A stretch of 64,000 nucleotides of DNA from Brevundimonas sp. (GTDB taxonomy: Bacteria > Pseudomonadota > Alphaproteobacteria > Caulobacterales > Caulobacteraceae), in the NCBI RefSeq assembly GCF_013912065.1, contig NZ_JACESA010000017.1:835-64834 (forward strand). The letters run 5' to 3'. The notes under the pieces were generated by a model that saw nothing but the letters and a program-made list of their open reading frames with translations, was not told the origin of the DNA and did no database searches. The translations under genes and the position numbers were made by a program. Positions 1 to 10,818 of the stretch are shown piece after piece. Every line of letters starts with the position of its first letter. Position 1 is the stretch's first letter.

Positions 1-14
1 TCCCTTAGCCATGC

Positions 15-352
15 TCAGTTCGCCGGAGCGACGGTCGGCGCCCAGGTCTTCATTTCGGCGATCTCGCGCGTCCGGGTGTCGATGATCCTCTGGGCCATGC
101 GCCGGATTTCCGGATCGCGGCTGTCGCGCAGGGCGACCCGGGCCGTGGCGACGGCGCCTTCGTGGTGGGCGATCATCTTGGCGACATAGGCCTGATCCGC
201 GGTCTGGGCCGCCGCCTGCATCTCGGCCGTGGTGCGGGTCGCGGCCGCTTGATGGGCGGCCGACGCTTCACGCAGCGCCTGCTGCACAGGGTCGCCGCCG
301 CCGTCGCAGGCCGCCAGCAGGACGAGCAGCGCGACAGGCGGGGCGGCGCGGA

Positions 353-356
<4 letters not shown>
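15..356 (-). CDS. DUF305-family (ferritin-like) lipoprotein
   Basis: Lipobox LAAC; MIAHHEGAV and [12 protein letters not shown] motifs typical of DUF305; ATGA overlap with purL stop. Confidence 0.75.
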
Positions 357-2569
<2,213 letters not shown>

Positions 2570-2607
2570 GGGCGGCGCTTCTAGCGGGTGAACGCCCGAT
2601 AGGCTAT

Positions 2608-2638
2608 ATTCTAGACAGCATTTTGGGAGTTCTAGAAT
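2608..2638. promoter_or_regulatory. Inverted-repeat operator (ATTCTAGA ... TCTAGAAT) of vapBC, with GCTATA -10-like box at 2603-2608
   Basis: 2608-2615 and 2631-2638 are exact reverse complements; a further TTCTAG lies at 2579-2584; TA autorepression at such operators is established. Confidence 0.5.
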
Positions 2639-2897
2639 GGGCCTCAGCATCAAGCGCGCGGAGACGGAGCGCAAGGCCCGCGCCGTCGCCGAGCGGATGG
2701 GGGTCAGCCTGACCGAGGCGATCGACATCGCCCTTGACCGCACCTGGAAGGAGCTGACCGCCGACGAGGGGGCCGCCGAGCGGGCGCGCAGGCGCGAGGC
2801 CCTGTTCGCCTATCTGCGAACCCTGCCGCCCGGCAATGGCAAGAGTCTGCAGGAAATCGACGACGAGATGTATGGGGAGGGGGGCGAGCCCATCTGA
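2637..2897 (+). CDS. vapB: VapB-type antitoxin (Rv0623-like transcription factor)
   Basis: 86 aa, N-terminal [19 protein letters not shown] pattern, TGATG coupling to PIN toxin. Confidence 0.8.
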   Translation: MGLSIKRAETERKARAVAERMGVSLTEAIDIALDRTWKELTADEGAAERARRREALFAYLRTLPPGNGKSLQEIDDEMYGEGGEPI

Positions 2898-3283
2898 TGG
2901 TCGTGGATACATCCGCCTTCGTCGCGATCATTCTAAGGGAGCCCGAGGCGGCTACCTACGACGAGCATATTCGCTCGGCGGCGATGCGCAGGGTCAGCAT
3001 GGCGACCTGGGTCGAACTCGCCACCGTCCTGACGTCACGCCTCGAGATGGACGCGAGGCCGATCCTTGATCGTCTCGAAGCGGACTATGGCCTCGATCTG
3101 ATCCCCGTCGATCGGGAGCAGATGCGGATCGCCTGCGACGCCATGATCCGGTACGGCAAGGGGCGGCATCCGGCGCGTCTGAACTATGGCGATTGTTTCG
3201 CCTATGCCCTGAGCCGCAGCAGCGGCGAGCCCCTGTTGTTCAAGGGCCAGGATTTCTCGAAGACGGACGTGGCGGCGATCTGA
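2897..3283 (+). CDS. vapC: VapC PIN-domain ribonuclease toxin
   Basis: MVVDTSA, E, LNYGDCFAYA, PLLFKGQDF PIN motifs. Confidence 0.93.
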   Translation: MVVDTSAFVAIILREPEAATYDEHIRSAAMRRVSMATWVELATVLTSRLEMDARPILDRLEADYGLDLIPVDREQMRIACDAMIRYGKGRHPARLNYGDCFAYALSRSSGEPLLFKGQDFSKTDVAAI

Positions 3284-3292
3284 GCGCGCGAT

Positions 3293-3317
3293 GGAACTCC
3301 CGCGACCGCCCTTCATT
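3293..3317 (+). promoter_or_regulatory. Candidate sigmaT/EcfG general-stress promoter
   Basis: GGAAC-N16-CATT (consensus GGAAC-N16/17-CGTT), 28 nt upstream of ATG 3346. Confidence 0.5.
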
Positions 3318-3345
3318 GCAGGAGGAACGACCACGGAGTTTCGCC

Positions 3346-3522
3346 ATGACCGATTCCCCCATCGATCCCGCCGCCACGCCCGAAGAGGAAAATCTGCCCG
3401 AGATCGCGGCCGACGACGCCGGCGCCTCGGCCTTCGCCGAACAGGCCGGACAGGCGGCGGACGAGCCCGACGACGACCCTGACCCCAGCCCTGACCCCAG
3501 CCCTGACCAGGGAGAGGTCTGA
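3346..3522 (+). CDS. Small acidic, probably disordered protein (58 aa)
   Basis: ATG 3346 preceded by GGAG; GC3-rich codons; D/E/P-rich; no recognised family. Confidence 0.6.
   Translation: MTDSPIDPAATPEEENLPEIAADDAGASAFAEQAGQAADEPDDDPDPSPDPSPDQGEV
3477..3508 (+). repeat. 12-bp tandem repeat CCCTGACCCCAG x2.7 (encodes DPDPSPDPSPD)
   Basis: Units at 3477-3488, 3489-3500, partial 3501-3508. Confidence 0.85.
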
Positions 3523-3764
3523 TGGGGGCCGGCGTTCCCACCGAAACCACCCCCGCGACCGGCCAGCAGATGGACCGGTCGAACGATCGGGAGACGACGC
3601 GGAAGATGGATATAGCCGCGCCCAAGGCCGCGATGATCAGCCGACGCCAGCGACTGACCGGCGAGGCGACGGGCGTCGGCAGCGTCGGATTTCAGGAAGA
3701 CGGCGCCTTCGACGTCGGCGCCGGCGAGGGCGCGATCCCCGATAAGGGCGACACGCAGCCCTGA
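3522..3764 (+). CDS. Small hypothetical protein (80 aa)
   Basis: TGATG coupling to the previous ORF with GGAG upstream; fills the gap to the convergent gene. Confidence 0.5.
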   Translation: MGAGVPTETTPATGQQMDRSNDRETTRKMDIAAPKAAMISRRQRLTGEATGVGSVGFQEDGAFDVGAGEGAIPDKGDTQP

Positions 3765-3768
3765 TCCA

Positions 3769-4566
3769 TCAGGCGAGCCGCTCGACGCTGGGCCTCAGCC
3801 GGAGGGCCAGCACCAGTCCGCCGACCAACAGGACTACGGCCCCGGCCAGTGCTGTGAAGGCGACCGCCGGCTTGTCCGCCTGTTCGGCCACGAAGGCGCC
3901 CAGCAGGCCCCAGGCGGTCGGCAGGGGATAGACCAGGGTCCGCAGGAGCGAGGTCACGCCCAGCGCGACCGCGGTCGTCGCGACAATGGCGAAGATGGCC
4001 CATAGGCTCGGCGCCAGAAAGTCCGGCAGCGCCTGGAAGGCGGTCAGGGTGGTGATCAGGTTCAGGGGAGCGGCGACGGTCAACCAGCCGGCCAAGGCGG
4101 CTAGAGGCCAAACCAAAAGCATTCGATCGCGCTCGAATCGGCCCCGGTCGCGGACGGAGGCGGAATAGGTCAGCAAAGGCGCCAGCAGGGCGATCAGAGA
4201 GGCGAAGATCACGATCACGCTCGCCGCCTTCAGGTTCAGGGCCGCGACGATGATCCAGAGGCCGATGCCGAAGAAGGTCACTGCCGAAGGCCAGCCCATC
4301 CGGTTGATCAGCCGGCTCTCCCCGGTCTGGGGCAGGACCTGACGCACGGCATAGGCCAGCAGGCCGAGATAGATCAGCCCCCAAATCGAAAAGGCGTACC
4401 CCGCCACCCGCAGGGTGCTGTTTCCATCCGCCGCGAACTCGGCCTGGGTCAGGCCCAAGCCTGCCAGATTCTGAACAAGGGGAACCGCCACCGCGAAGAT
4501 GGCGGCTGCAAACACCACAAGTCGCCGTGTGCGCTGTGCGGGGTTGGGGCGAAGGATCGTGGACAT
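3769..4566 (-). CDS. TspO/MBR-like tryptophan-rich integral membrane protein
   Basis: Multiple TM helices; AGYAFSIWGLIY, W-rich segments and Y.L...WGL pattern; start reset to MSTILRP. Confidence 0.65.
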   Translation of the reverse strand: MSTILRPNPAQRTRRLVVFAAAIFAVAVPLVQNLAGLGLTQAEFAADGNSTLRVAGYAFSIWGLIYLGLLAYAVRQVLPQTGESRLINRMGWPSAVTFFGIGLWIIVAALNLKAASVIVIFASLIALLAPLLTYSASVRDRGRFERDRMLLVWPLAALAGWLTVAAPLNLITTLTAFQALPDFLAPSLWAIFAIVATTAVALGVTSLLRTLVYPLPTAWGLLGAFVAEQADKPAVAFTALAGAVVLLVGGLVLALRLRPSVERLA

Positions 4567-4603
4567 GGAGCTTCCGTGGCGGCGATGTTCAGCTCCATTG
4601 TAC

Positions 4604-4768
4604 GTGTTGGGGAGCTTCGAGACCGACGAGGTCGAGGCCAACCGGGCGATTAAGAACGGCCAGGGCGTCGGCGCCCAGGAACTGGCGGCGCAACGGGATC
4701 CCGGAGGGGTGGAGACGGCGGACGAAGACGACAGCTTCGACAATGGAAAGGCCGTCCCAAAGGGCTGA
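4604..4768 (+). CDS. Candidate small acidic ORF (54 aa) or 5'-eroded remnant
   Basis: Coding-like GC3 bias from GTG 4604 to TGA 4768; no clear RBS; acidic C-terminus ETADEDDSFDN. Confidence 0.35.
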   Translation: MLGSFETDEVEANRAIKNGQGVGAQELAAQRDPGGVETADEDDSFDNGKAVPKG

Positions 4769-4832
4769 TTAATCGGCGACGGTCAAGGCGACGGACTTGA
4801 CCGCGTCTTGAGTTGCGGTGTTCGTGGAACGG

Positions 4833-5912
4833 ATGAATTCCGACGACGCCTCATCCCTCGACCAGCAGATCAGGCTCGGACTGGAGGCGCGTGCGCGTGG
4901 CGATCACCGCGCTAGCCTCGCGGCGGCCGATGCTCTTCTGGCGCGGGATGGCCGCGACATCTGGGCGCTGATCCTGAAGGGAGACGCCCTGGTCGGGCTG
5001 GGTGACCTGCGCTCCGCCTCCAGTTTTTACGGCGCCGCCTTGGCGCAGGCTCAGCCGGGACGAGTGACGCCGGCCCTGGCTCCGGAGTTGCGACGCGCGC
5101 ATCAGGCCCGCGCGGACCTGGCCCGTCGGTTCGAGGAAGACCTGCTGGCCGGCGTCAGGGAGCGGGGGTTCGATCCCGATCGGTCCAGCGAGCGGTTCGC
5201 CCTGTCGCTGGACCTGCTGACCGGGCGTAAGTCGCTGTACCTGCAGCAGCCGAAATTCTACCTGTTCCCCGGCCTGCCGCAAATCCAGCACCAGCCCCGC
5301 GCCGATACGCCGTGGCTGGCCCAGGTCGAGGCGGCGACGGCGGACATTCGCGCCGAACTTCAGGCCATGCTGGCCGACCCCCCCCTGTTCGCCCCCTATG
5401 TCGAGGATCGCGCCAATCGACCGCGCAACGATCAGGCGGGGATGCTAGCTAATGCCGACTGGAGCGCGGTCTTTCTGTGGAAGGACGGAGTGGAGGTTCC
5501 CGAGATCGCCTCGCGTTGTCCGGCGACCATGAAGGCGCTCGAGGCCGCGCCGCTGAGCCGTATTCCGGGGCGCTCGCCGTCGATCCTGTTCTCGAAACTG
5601 TCGGCTGGGGCTCGGATTCCGCCCCATCACGGCCTGATCAACGCGAGGCTCATCTGCCACCTGCCGCTGATCGCGCCGCCCGGGTCCTGGTTGCGCGTGG
5701 GATCGGACGTGCGTCAGTGGGAGGAGGGACGCGCCTGGGCCTTCGACGACACGATCGAACACGAGGCCTGGAACGACAGCGATCAGGACCGCACCATCCT
5801 GATCTTCGACGTCTGGAAGCCGGAGATCACCGAGGAGGAACAGGGACTGATCCGCGCCCTTTTCGACGCCATCGACGCCGGCGGCGGACGGACCCCGGCG
5901 CTGGGGACCTGA
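4833..5912 (+). CDS. TPR-containing aspartyl/asparaginyl beta-hydroxylase family 2OG-Fe(II) oxygenase
   Basis: IPPHHG, HLPLI, FDDTIEHEAWN, R.ILIFDVWKP motifs; helical TPR-like N-terminus; alternative GTG start at 4818. Confidence 0.85.
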   Translation: MNSDDASSLDQQIRLGLEARARGDHRASLAAADALLARDGRDIWALILKGDALVGLGDLRSASSFYGAALAQAQPGRVTPALAPELRRAHQARADLARRFEEDLLAGVRERGFDPDRSSERFALSLDLLTGRKSLYLQQPKFYLFPGLPQIQHQPRADTPWLAQVEAATADIRAELQAMLADPPLFAPYVEDRANRPRNDQAGMLANADWSAVFLWKDGVEVPEIASRCPATMKALEAAPLSRIPGRSPSILFSKLSAGARIPPHHGLINARLICHLPLIAPPGSWLRVGSDVRQWEEGRAWAFDDTIEHEAWNDSDQDRTILIFDVWKPEITEEEQGLIRALFDAIDAGGGRTPALGT

Positions 5913-5929
5913 CGTCCTTTTGGGTGCGT

Positions 5930-6907
5930 CTATTCCAACCCGAACTCGACCCACAGCGGATAGTGATCGCTGATCCGCCAGGAAAGCTGGGTGCGGGTCA
6001 GGTGGGTCAGGACTACGCCCTGGAAATTCAGCCCGCCTGACTGTCTGAACGCCAGCGACAGATAGGGTTTGCCGTCGCGGCGGCGCTCGAACCAGGCGAT
6101 CTGATCGAAGAAGCTGGCCAGATCGGGCTTTTCGACTGATGAACTGAGGGTCCGGGGCACCTTCTCCAGGCCGGGCGCCGTGACCAGGCCCGTGGAGGTG
6201 AAGGCCTGCCAGAGCGGGTCGCCGTGGCGGTCGATGTTGAAGTCGCCCATGCAGATCAGGTTCTGGCCATAGTCGTCCATCGACTCGGCCCAGTTCCGCA
6301 GCCACTTGGCGATCGCGGTCAGTTCGGCGACGCGGTCCGCGCCCTTCTCGCCATAGACGATATGCAGGGTCACGAGGACGAAGGTCTTGCCGGAGGCGTT
6401 GAAACTGACGGCGTATGGGGTGCGTACGAACTGGCGCTGAAAGGCGTTGGCGGGGGTGGCGTAGGGGGTATCCAGGTCCTCGGGCACCACCAACTCGCAG
6501 GCCAGGCCCGAGGGCTTCAGCCGTCGGCTGTCGTAGATATAGGCCAGACGTTCGTCGTTGCCGGGATCGCCGTAGGTGACGTCGGTCATCAGGAACCCGT
6601 AGTCGGGCCCCAGCTTCTTCAGCACATGACGCAGGGCGCGCAGATTGGCCTTCACCTCCTGCACAGCGATGACGTCGAACCGATCCAGCACGGCGGCGAT
6701 CAGGACGGCGGCATGCAGATCGCGACGGGGGCTGTCGCCGTCCTGGCTTTCCCATTTCTCGGTCAGGCTGCCGAAGCCCCGGATGTTCCAGGTGGCCATC
6801 AGCAGATTGTCGCCCGTCGACTTGGGCGGCACGGCGTCTAGCAGGAGGTTCAGCCGGTCGAGATCGTCGCGCACGGCCTGAGGCGGATGATCGAGAATGG
6901 AAGCCAT
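5930..6907 (-). CDS. Endonuclease/exonuclease/phosphatase (DNase I-like) family protein
   Basis: TWNIR, AVQEV, MGDFN, SDHYP catalytic motifs; no signal peptide. Confidence 0.85.
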   Translation of the reverse strand: MASILDHPPQAVRDDLDRLNLLLDAVPPKSTGDNLLMATWNIRGFGSLTEKWESQDGDSPRRDLHAAVLIAAVLDRFDVIAVQEVKANLRALRHVLKKLGPDYGFLMTDVTYGDPGNDERLAYIYDSRRLKPSGLACELVVPEDLDTPYATPANAFQRQFVRTPYAVSFNASGKTFVLVTLHIVYGEKGADRVAELTAIAKWLRNWAESMDDYGQNLICMGDFNIDRHGDPLWQAFTSTGLVTAPGLEKVPRTLSSSVEKPDLASFFDQIAWFERRRDGKPYLSLAFRQSGGLNFQGVVLTHLTRTQLSWRISDHYPLWVEFGLE

Positions 6908-6997
6908 GATTGTCCCCGCGACGCCGATACGACCGCAGGTTATCAAAAAACGACGTTCGCTAGAGTCACAAGGCTGCGAGCATGCGAGCTGGAGCGA

Positions 6998-7660
6998 TCA
7001 GGCCGCTGCGTAGATGCTCTGGAACAGAACCGCGCCGTCGGCCGAGCCCAGTTCGGCCTCGAAGGCGCGGTCGGGATGCGGCATCATGCCCAGGACATTG
7101 CCGCGAGCGTTCTGCAGCCCGGCGATATCGTTGACCGAACCGTTCGGGTTTTCGACATAGCGGAACACCACCTGGCCCTCGCCCTCGATCCGGGCCAGGG
7201 TTTCGGCGTCGGCGAAGAAGTTTCCATCGCCGTTGCCCTGGGTCATCGTCACCTCGCGCTGTCCCTGATAGCCGGCGGTGAAACGGGTCTGGCCGTTGGC
7301 GATGGTCAGGGCGATGGGCTTGCAGACGTATTTCAGTCCCTTGTTGCGCAGCAGGGCGCCCGGCAGCATTCCGGCCTCGCACAGAATCTGGAAGCCGTTG
7401 CAGATGCCGACCACGGCGACGCCGTCGTCCGCCGCCTTCTTCACCGCCTGCATCACCGGCGACTGGGCCGCCATGGCGCCGCAGCGCAGATAGTCGCCGT
7501 AGGAGAAGCCGCCGGGGATGACGATTAGATCCAGACCCTGGGGCAGTTCGGTCTCGGCGTGCCACACCATCGAGACGGGCTCGTTGGTGGAGCGTTCGAT
7601 GGCGACCTTGCAGTCGCGATCACAGTTGGAACCGGGGAAGACGATGACGGCTGCGCTCAT
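6998..7660 (-). CDS. purQ: FGAM synthase glutaminase subunit PurQ
   Basis: [33 protein letters not shown]. Confidence 0.97.
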   Translation of the reverse strand: MSAAVIVFPGSNCDRDCKVAIERSTNEPVSMVWHAETELPQGLDLIVIPGGFSYGDYLRCGAMAAQSPVMQAVKKAADDGVAVVGICNGFQILCEAGMLPGALLRNKGLKYVCKPIALTIANGQTRFTAGYQGQREVTMTQGNGDGNFFADAETLARIEGEGQVVFRYVENPNGSVNDIAGLQNARGNVLGMMPHPDRAFEAELGSADGAVLFQSIYAAA

Positions 7661-7668
7661 GGCGCGGG

Positions 7669-7697
7669 CCTCTAGCACCGTTTTCGGGAAATGTCAG
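7669..7697 (-). promoter_or_regulatory. sigma70-type promoter of purQ, leaderless geometry
   Basis: CTGACA-N17-TAGAGG with the -10 ending 8 nt before the ATG; no Shine-Dalgarno. Confidence 0.55.
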
Positions 7698-7766
7698 TGC
7701 GCGGGTTGGATTTGACCCGGACCAGTCTCGATCTGGCCCACGCATGCGTCGTGCCGGCGCAATCGC

Positions 7767-8984
7767 TCAGATCGACGCCCGGGGCCGGCCCATCGCCCAA
7801 GCGACGACGAAGATGGCGAAACCGCCCAGCGACAGGGCGACGCCGACCCAGGCGGTCGAGGTCCAGCCATAGCCGGCCGCGATGGCCATGCCGCCCAGCA
7901 GGGGGCCAATGGCGTTGGCGGTGTTGAAAGCCGAGTGGTTCAGGGCGGCGGCCAAGATCTGAGCGTCGCCGGCGACATCCATCAGCCGGGTCTGCAGCAC
8001 CGAACCCAGTCCGCCGCCGCCGCCGATCAGGAAGACCACCCCCATCATGGCCCACAGGTTCGAGGCCGCGAACGGATAGAGGGCCAGGGCGGCGGCGCTC
8101 CACAGCAACAGACCGCCCGCCGCCGGGAAGCCGACCCGGTCGGCCGCCCAAGCGCCCAGGATATTGCCCAGGAACATGCCCACGCCGAAGACGGCGAAAA
8201 CCCAGGGCAGGATCTCCGGGCCGACGCCGGTCACGGCTGCGAGGGTCGAGGCCAGATAGGCGTAGACGGCGAACATGCCGCCGAAGCCCACGGCGCCCAC
8301 GCCCAGGGTCAGCCAGACCTGGCCCCGTTTCAGCGCGCCCAACTCCCGCAGGGGACTGGCGTCCGCATGGGCTGGATCGCGCGGGGCGAACAGGGCGACC
8401 AGGACCATGGTGGTCACGGCCAGCAGGCTGACGATGGCGAAGGTCCAGCGCCAGCCGAAGGCGTGGCTGATCATATTGGCGAAGGGCACGCCGATGACGG
8501 TCGCCACCGTCAAACCCATCAGCACGGTCGAGACGGCGCGGGTGCGCAGGTGCAGCGGCACGGTCGAGGCCGCGACCAGGGCGGCGACGCCGAAATAGGC
8601 TCCGTGCGGCACGCCGCTGAGGAAGCGGAAGACCAGCATCCACTCATAGGTCGGGGCCAGGGCGGACAGGCCGTTGCCGATCGCGAACAGGGCCATGAAG
8701 CCGATCAGCAGCAGCCAGCGCGGCGCCCGCGCCCCCAGCACCGCCAGTATGGGCGCGCCCACGACGACGCCGGCGGCATAGGCGCTGATCACATGGCCCG
8801 CGGTCGGGGCGTCGATTCCCAGTCCGGCGGCGAAGTCCGGCAGTATGCTCATCGCTGCGAACTCGGTCACGCCGATCGCGAACCCGCCCATGGCTAGGGC
8901 GATCAGGACCAGGGCCACCTTGTCGGCGGCCATGGGTTGTCGGGTCACGATGTCGGAGTCGACGACGGCGCCGCTGGAAGCCAT
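7767..8984 (-). CDS. MFS transporter, DHA1/AraJ-like
   Basis: FAIGVTEFA, G.V.GAP, RFLSGVPHG, GLTVATVIGVP motifs; about 12 TM; start uncertain. Confidence 0.88.
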   Translation of the reverse strand: MASSGAVVDSDIVTRQPMAADKVALVLIALAMGGFAIGVTEFAAMSILPDFAAGLGIDAPTAGHVISAYAAGVVVGAPILAVLGARAPRWLLLIGFMALFAIGNGLSALAPTYEWMLVFRFLSGVPHGAYFGVAALVAASTVPLHLRTRAVSTVLMGLTVATVIGVPFANMISHAFGWRWTFAIVSLLAVTTMVLVALFAPRDPAHADASPLRELGALKRGQVWLTLGVGAVGFGGMFAVYAYLASTLAAVTGVGPEILPWVFAVFGVGMFLGNILGAWAADRVGFPAAGGLLLWSAAALALYPFAASNLWAMMGVVFLIGGGGGLGSVLQTRLMDVAGDAQILAAALNHSAFNTANAIGPLLGGMAIAAGYGWTSTAWVGVALSLGGFAIFVVAWAMGRPRASI

Positions 8985-9009
8985 GGCGAAGGATCCGGGA
9001 AGGGAGGGA

Positions 9010-9026
9010 ATGTTGCGCTGCAACAT
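9010..9026. promoter_or_regulatory. Perfect 7-3-7 palindrome ATGTTGC-GCT-GCAACAT upstream of the MFS gene
   Basis: Seen directly; TGC-N3-GCA core resembles PhaR/AniA-type sites (inference). Confidence 0.5.
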
Positions 9027-9054
9027 AGGCGCCCTTCCCGGACGATCAACCGTA

Positions 9055-9534
9055 TCAGCCGTGGTTTTCGTAGGTCGCCGTGATCGAGGCCTTGGCCAGG
9101 GTATGGAAATGCAGGTTGAAGCCGAAGACGGCGCCGGAGTTGTCGGCGGTCACGTCCAACCGATCCACGTCCACGGCGAAGACGGTGAAGATATAGCGGT
9201 GCGGACCGTGGCCCGGAGGCGGCGCGGCGCCGCCGAAACCGGGCTGGCCATAGTCGGTGCGGCCCTGGATCGCGCCCTGTGGCATGTCCCCGCCCGGAGA
9301 GCCGGCGCCGGTCGCCAGCTCGGTCACGTCGGCGGGAATATTGGCGACGGTCCAGTGCCAGAACCCCGACCCTGTCGGCGCGTCGGGGTCGTAGCAGGTG
9401 ACCGCATAGCTCTTGGTCCCTTCGGGTGCTCCGCTCCAGGTGAGGTGGGGAGAGGTGTTGCCTTTGGCGTGGACCTGGGCGTCGGGCAGGAAGCCGCCGT
9501 CCTGAACATCATTGGAGGTAAGGGTGAAGGTCAT
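9055..9534 (-). CDS. YbhB/YbcL family Raf-kinase-inhibitor-like (PEBP) protein
   Basis: SPHLTWS, DPDAPTGSGFWHW, GAAPPPGHGPHRY. Confidence 0.92.
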   Translation of the reverse strand: MTFTLTSNDVQDGGFLPDAQVHAKGNTSPHLTWSGAPEGTKSYAVTCYDPDAPTGSGFWHWTVANIPADVTELATGAGSPGGDMPQGAIQGRTDYGQPGFGGAAPPPGHGPHRYIFTVFAVDVDRLDVTADNSGAVFGFNLHFHTLAKASITATYENHG

Positions 9535-9584
9535 TGGCGTCTCTCCGTTTCGTGATCACCAGTTAAAGGGCATCGACCGATGAG

Positions 9585-9601
9585 GCGTTGCACTGCGACA
9601 T
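9585..9601. promoter_or_regulatory. Degenerate copy of the 7-3-7 palindrome (GCGTTGC-ACT-GCGACAT)
   Basis: Lies between divergent ybhB-like and cfa-like genes. Confidence 0.35.
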
Positions 9602-9647
9602 TCTGTCCCTAGCTGTGTAGTCGATACGGTCAAGCCAACGAGGGCCC

Positions 9648-10811
9648 ATGCTTCAATCCCTCCTCGACAGGACGTTCCGGACACGAGCCATCGCCGTGCG
9701 CCTTCCTGACGGCCGCACGCTGAGAGCCGGTCCCGGAGAGCCCGAACTGACCGCCGTCATCGAAGATGCGCGAACAGTCGTGGCCATAGCGACGAACCCG
9801 GAGTTGAAGCTGGGAGAGGCTTATATGTCCGGCGCGTTTCGGATCGAGGGCGGCTCCATCTACGACTTTCTCGCTTTGGCCGCCTCGCAACTGGCCCGAT
9901 CTCCGCGGCGGCTCGGGCCGGGCTGGCGTCTTCGTCGGGCGATCGAACAGGCCAATGACCGCGCCCACGCCCGGGCGAACGTGCGTCATCACTATGACCT
10001 GACGGTGGACTTCTACCGGCTCTTCCTGGACGCCGACCTGCAATACTCCTGCGCCTATTTCGAAAGGCCGGAGGCGACGTTGGAACAGGCGCAGATCGCC
10101 AAGAAGCAGCGGCTGATCGACAAATTGGTTCTTTCGCCGGGGCAGCGGGCGTTGGATATCGGTTGCGGCTGGGGCGGCCTGGGCCTGTCGCTGGCCGAGG
10201 CGGGGGCGAGGGTCACCGGCGTCACCCTGTCGACCGAACAACACCGCACCGCCAATGCGCGTGCAGCCGAGCGGTGTCTGTCTGATCAGGCCGATTTCCG
10301 ATTGCAGGACTATCGCGACCTGAACGAACCGTTCGACCGGATCGTCTCGGTCGGCATGTTCGAACACGTCGGAGCGCCGAGTTATCAGGAATATTTCGAC
10401 ACGGTGGCGCGGTTGCTGACCGACGACGGGGTGGCGGTGATCCATTCCATCGGCCGCAAGGGGCCGCCCAGCCGCACCCAGCCTTGGATCCGCAAATATA
10501 TCTTTCCAGGCGGCTACATCCCCGCCCTGTCCGAGGTCCTGCCGGCCATCGAGCGCGCAGGCCTGTGGGTGACGGACATGGAGGTGCTGCGTCTCCACTA
10601 CGCCGAGACGCTGCGGGCGTGGCGTACCCGATTCCTGGCGCGACGGTCGGAAGCGCTGGCCATGTATGACGAGCGCTTCTGCCGGATGTGGGAGTTCTAC
10701 CTCGCCGTCAGCGAGGTCGCCTTCCGCGAACTGGGCCAGATGGTGTTCCAACTCCAGCTGACGAAACGGCCAGACGCCGTTCCATTGACGCGGGATTACC
10801 TGTGCCGTTGA
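9648..10811 (+). CDS. cfa: Cyclopropane-fatty-acyl-phospholipid synthase family SAM methyltransferase
   Basis: HHYDL, YSCAYF, LDIGCGWGG, IVSVGMFEHVG, KYIFPGG, HYAETL. Confidence 0.85.
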   Translation: MLQSLLDRTFRTRAIAVRLPDGRTLRAGPGEPELTAVIEDARTVVAIATNPELKLGEAYMSGAFRIEGGSIYDFLALAASQLARSPRRLGPGWRLRRAIEQANDRAHARANVRHHYDLTVDFYRLFLDADLQYSCAYFERPEATLEQAQIAKKQRLIDKLVLSPGQRALDIGCGWGGLGLSLAEAGARVTGVTLSTEQHRTANARAAERCLSDQADFRLQDYRDLNEPFDRIVSVGMFEHVGAPSYQEYFDTVARLLTDDGVAVIHSIGRKGPPSRTQPWIRKYIFPGGYIPALSEVLPAIERAGLWVTDMEVLRLHYAETLRAWRTRFLARRSEALAMYDERFCRMWEFYLAVSEVAFRELGQMVFQLQLTKRPDAVPLTRDYLCR

Positions 10812-10818
10812 GGCAGGC

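Noticed and set aside
2570-2743. N-terminal extension of the purL track ORF
   Set aside because: Overlaps vapB head-to-head; promoter-like box lies just upstream of ATG 2569
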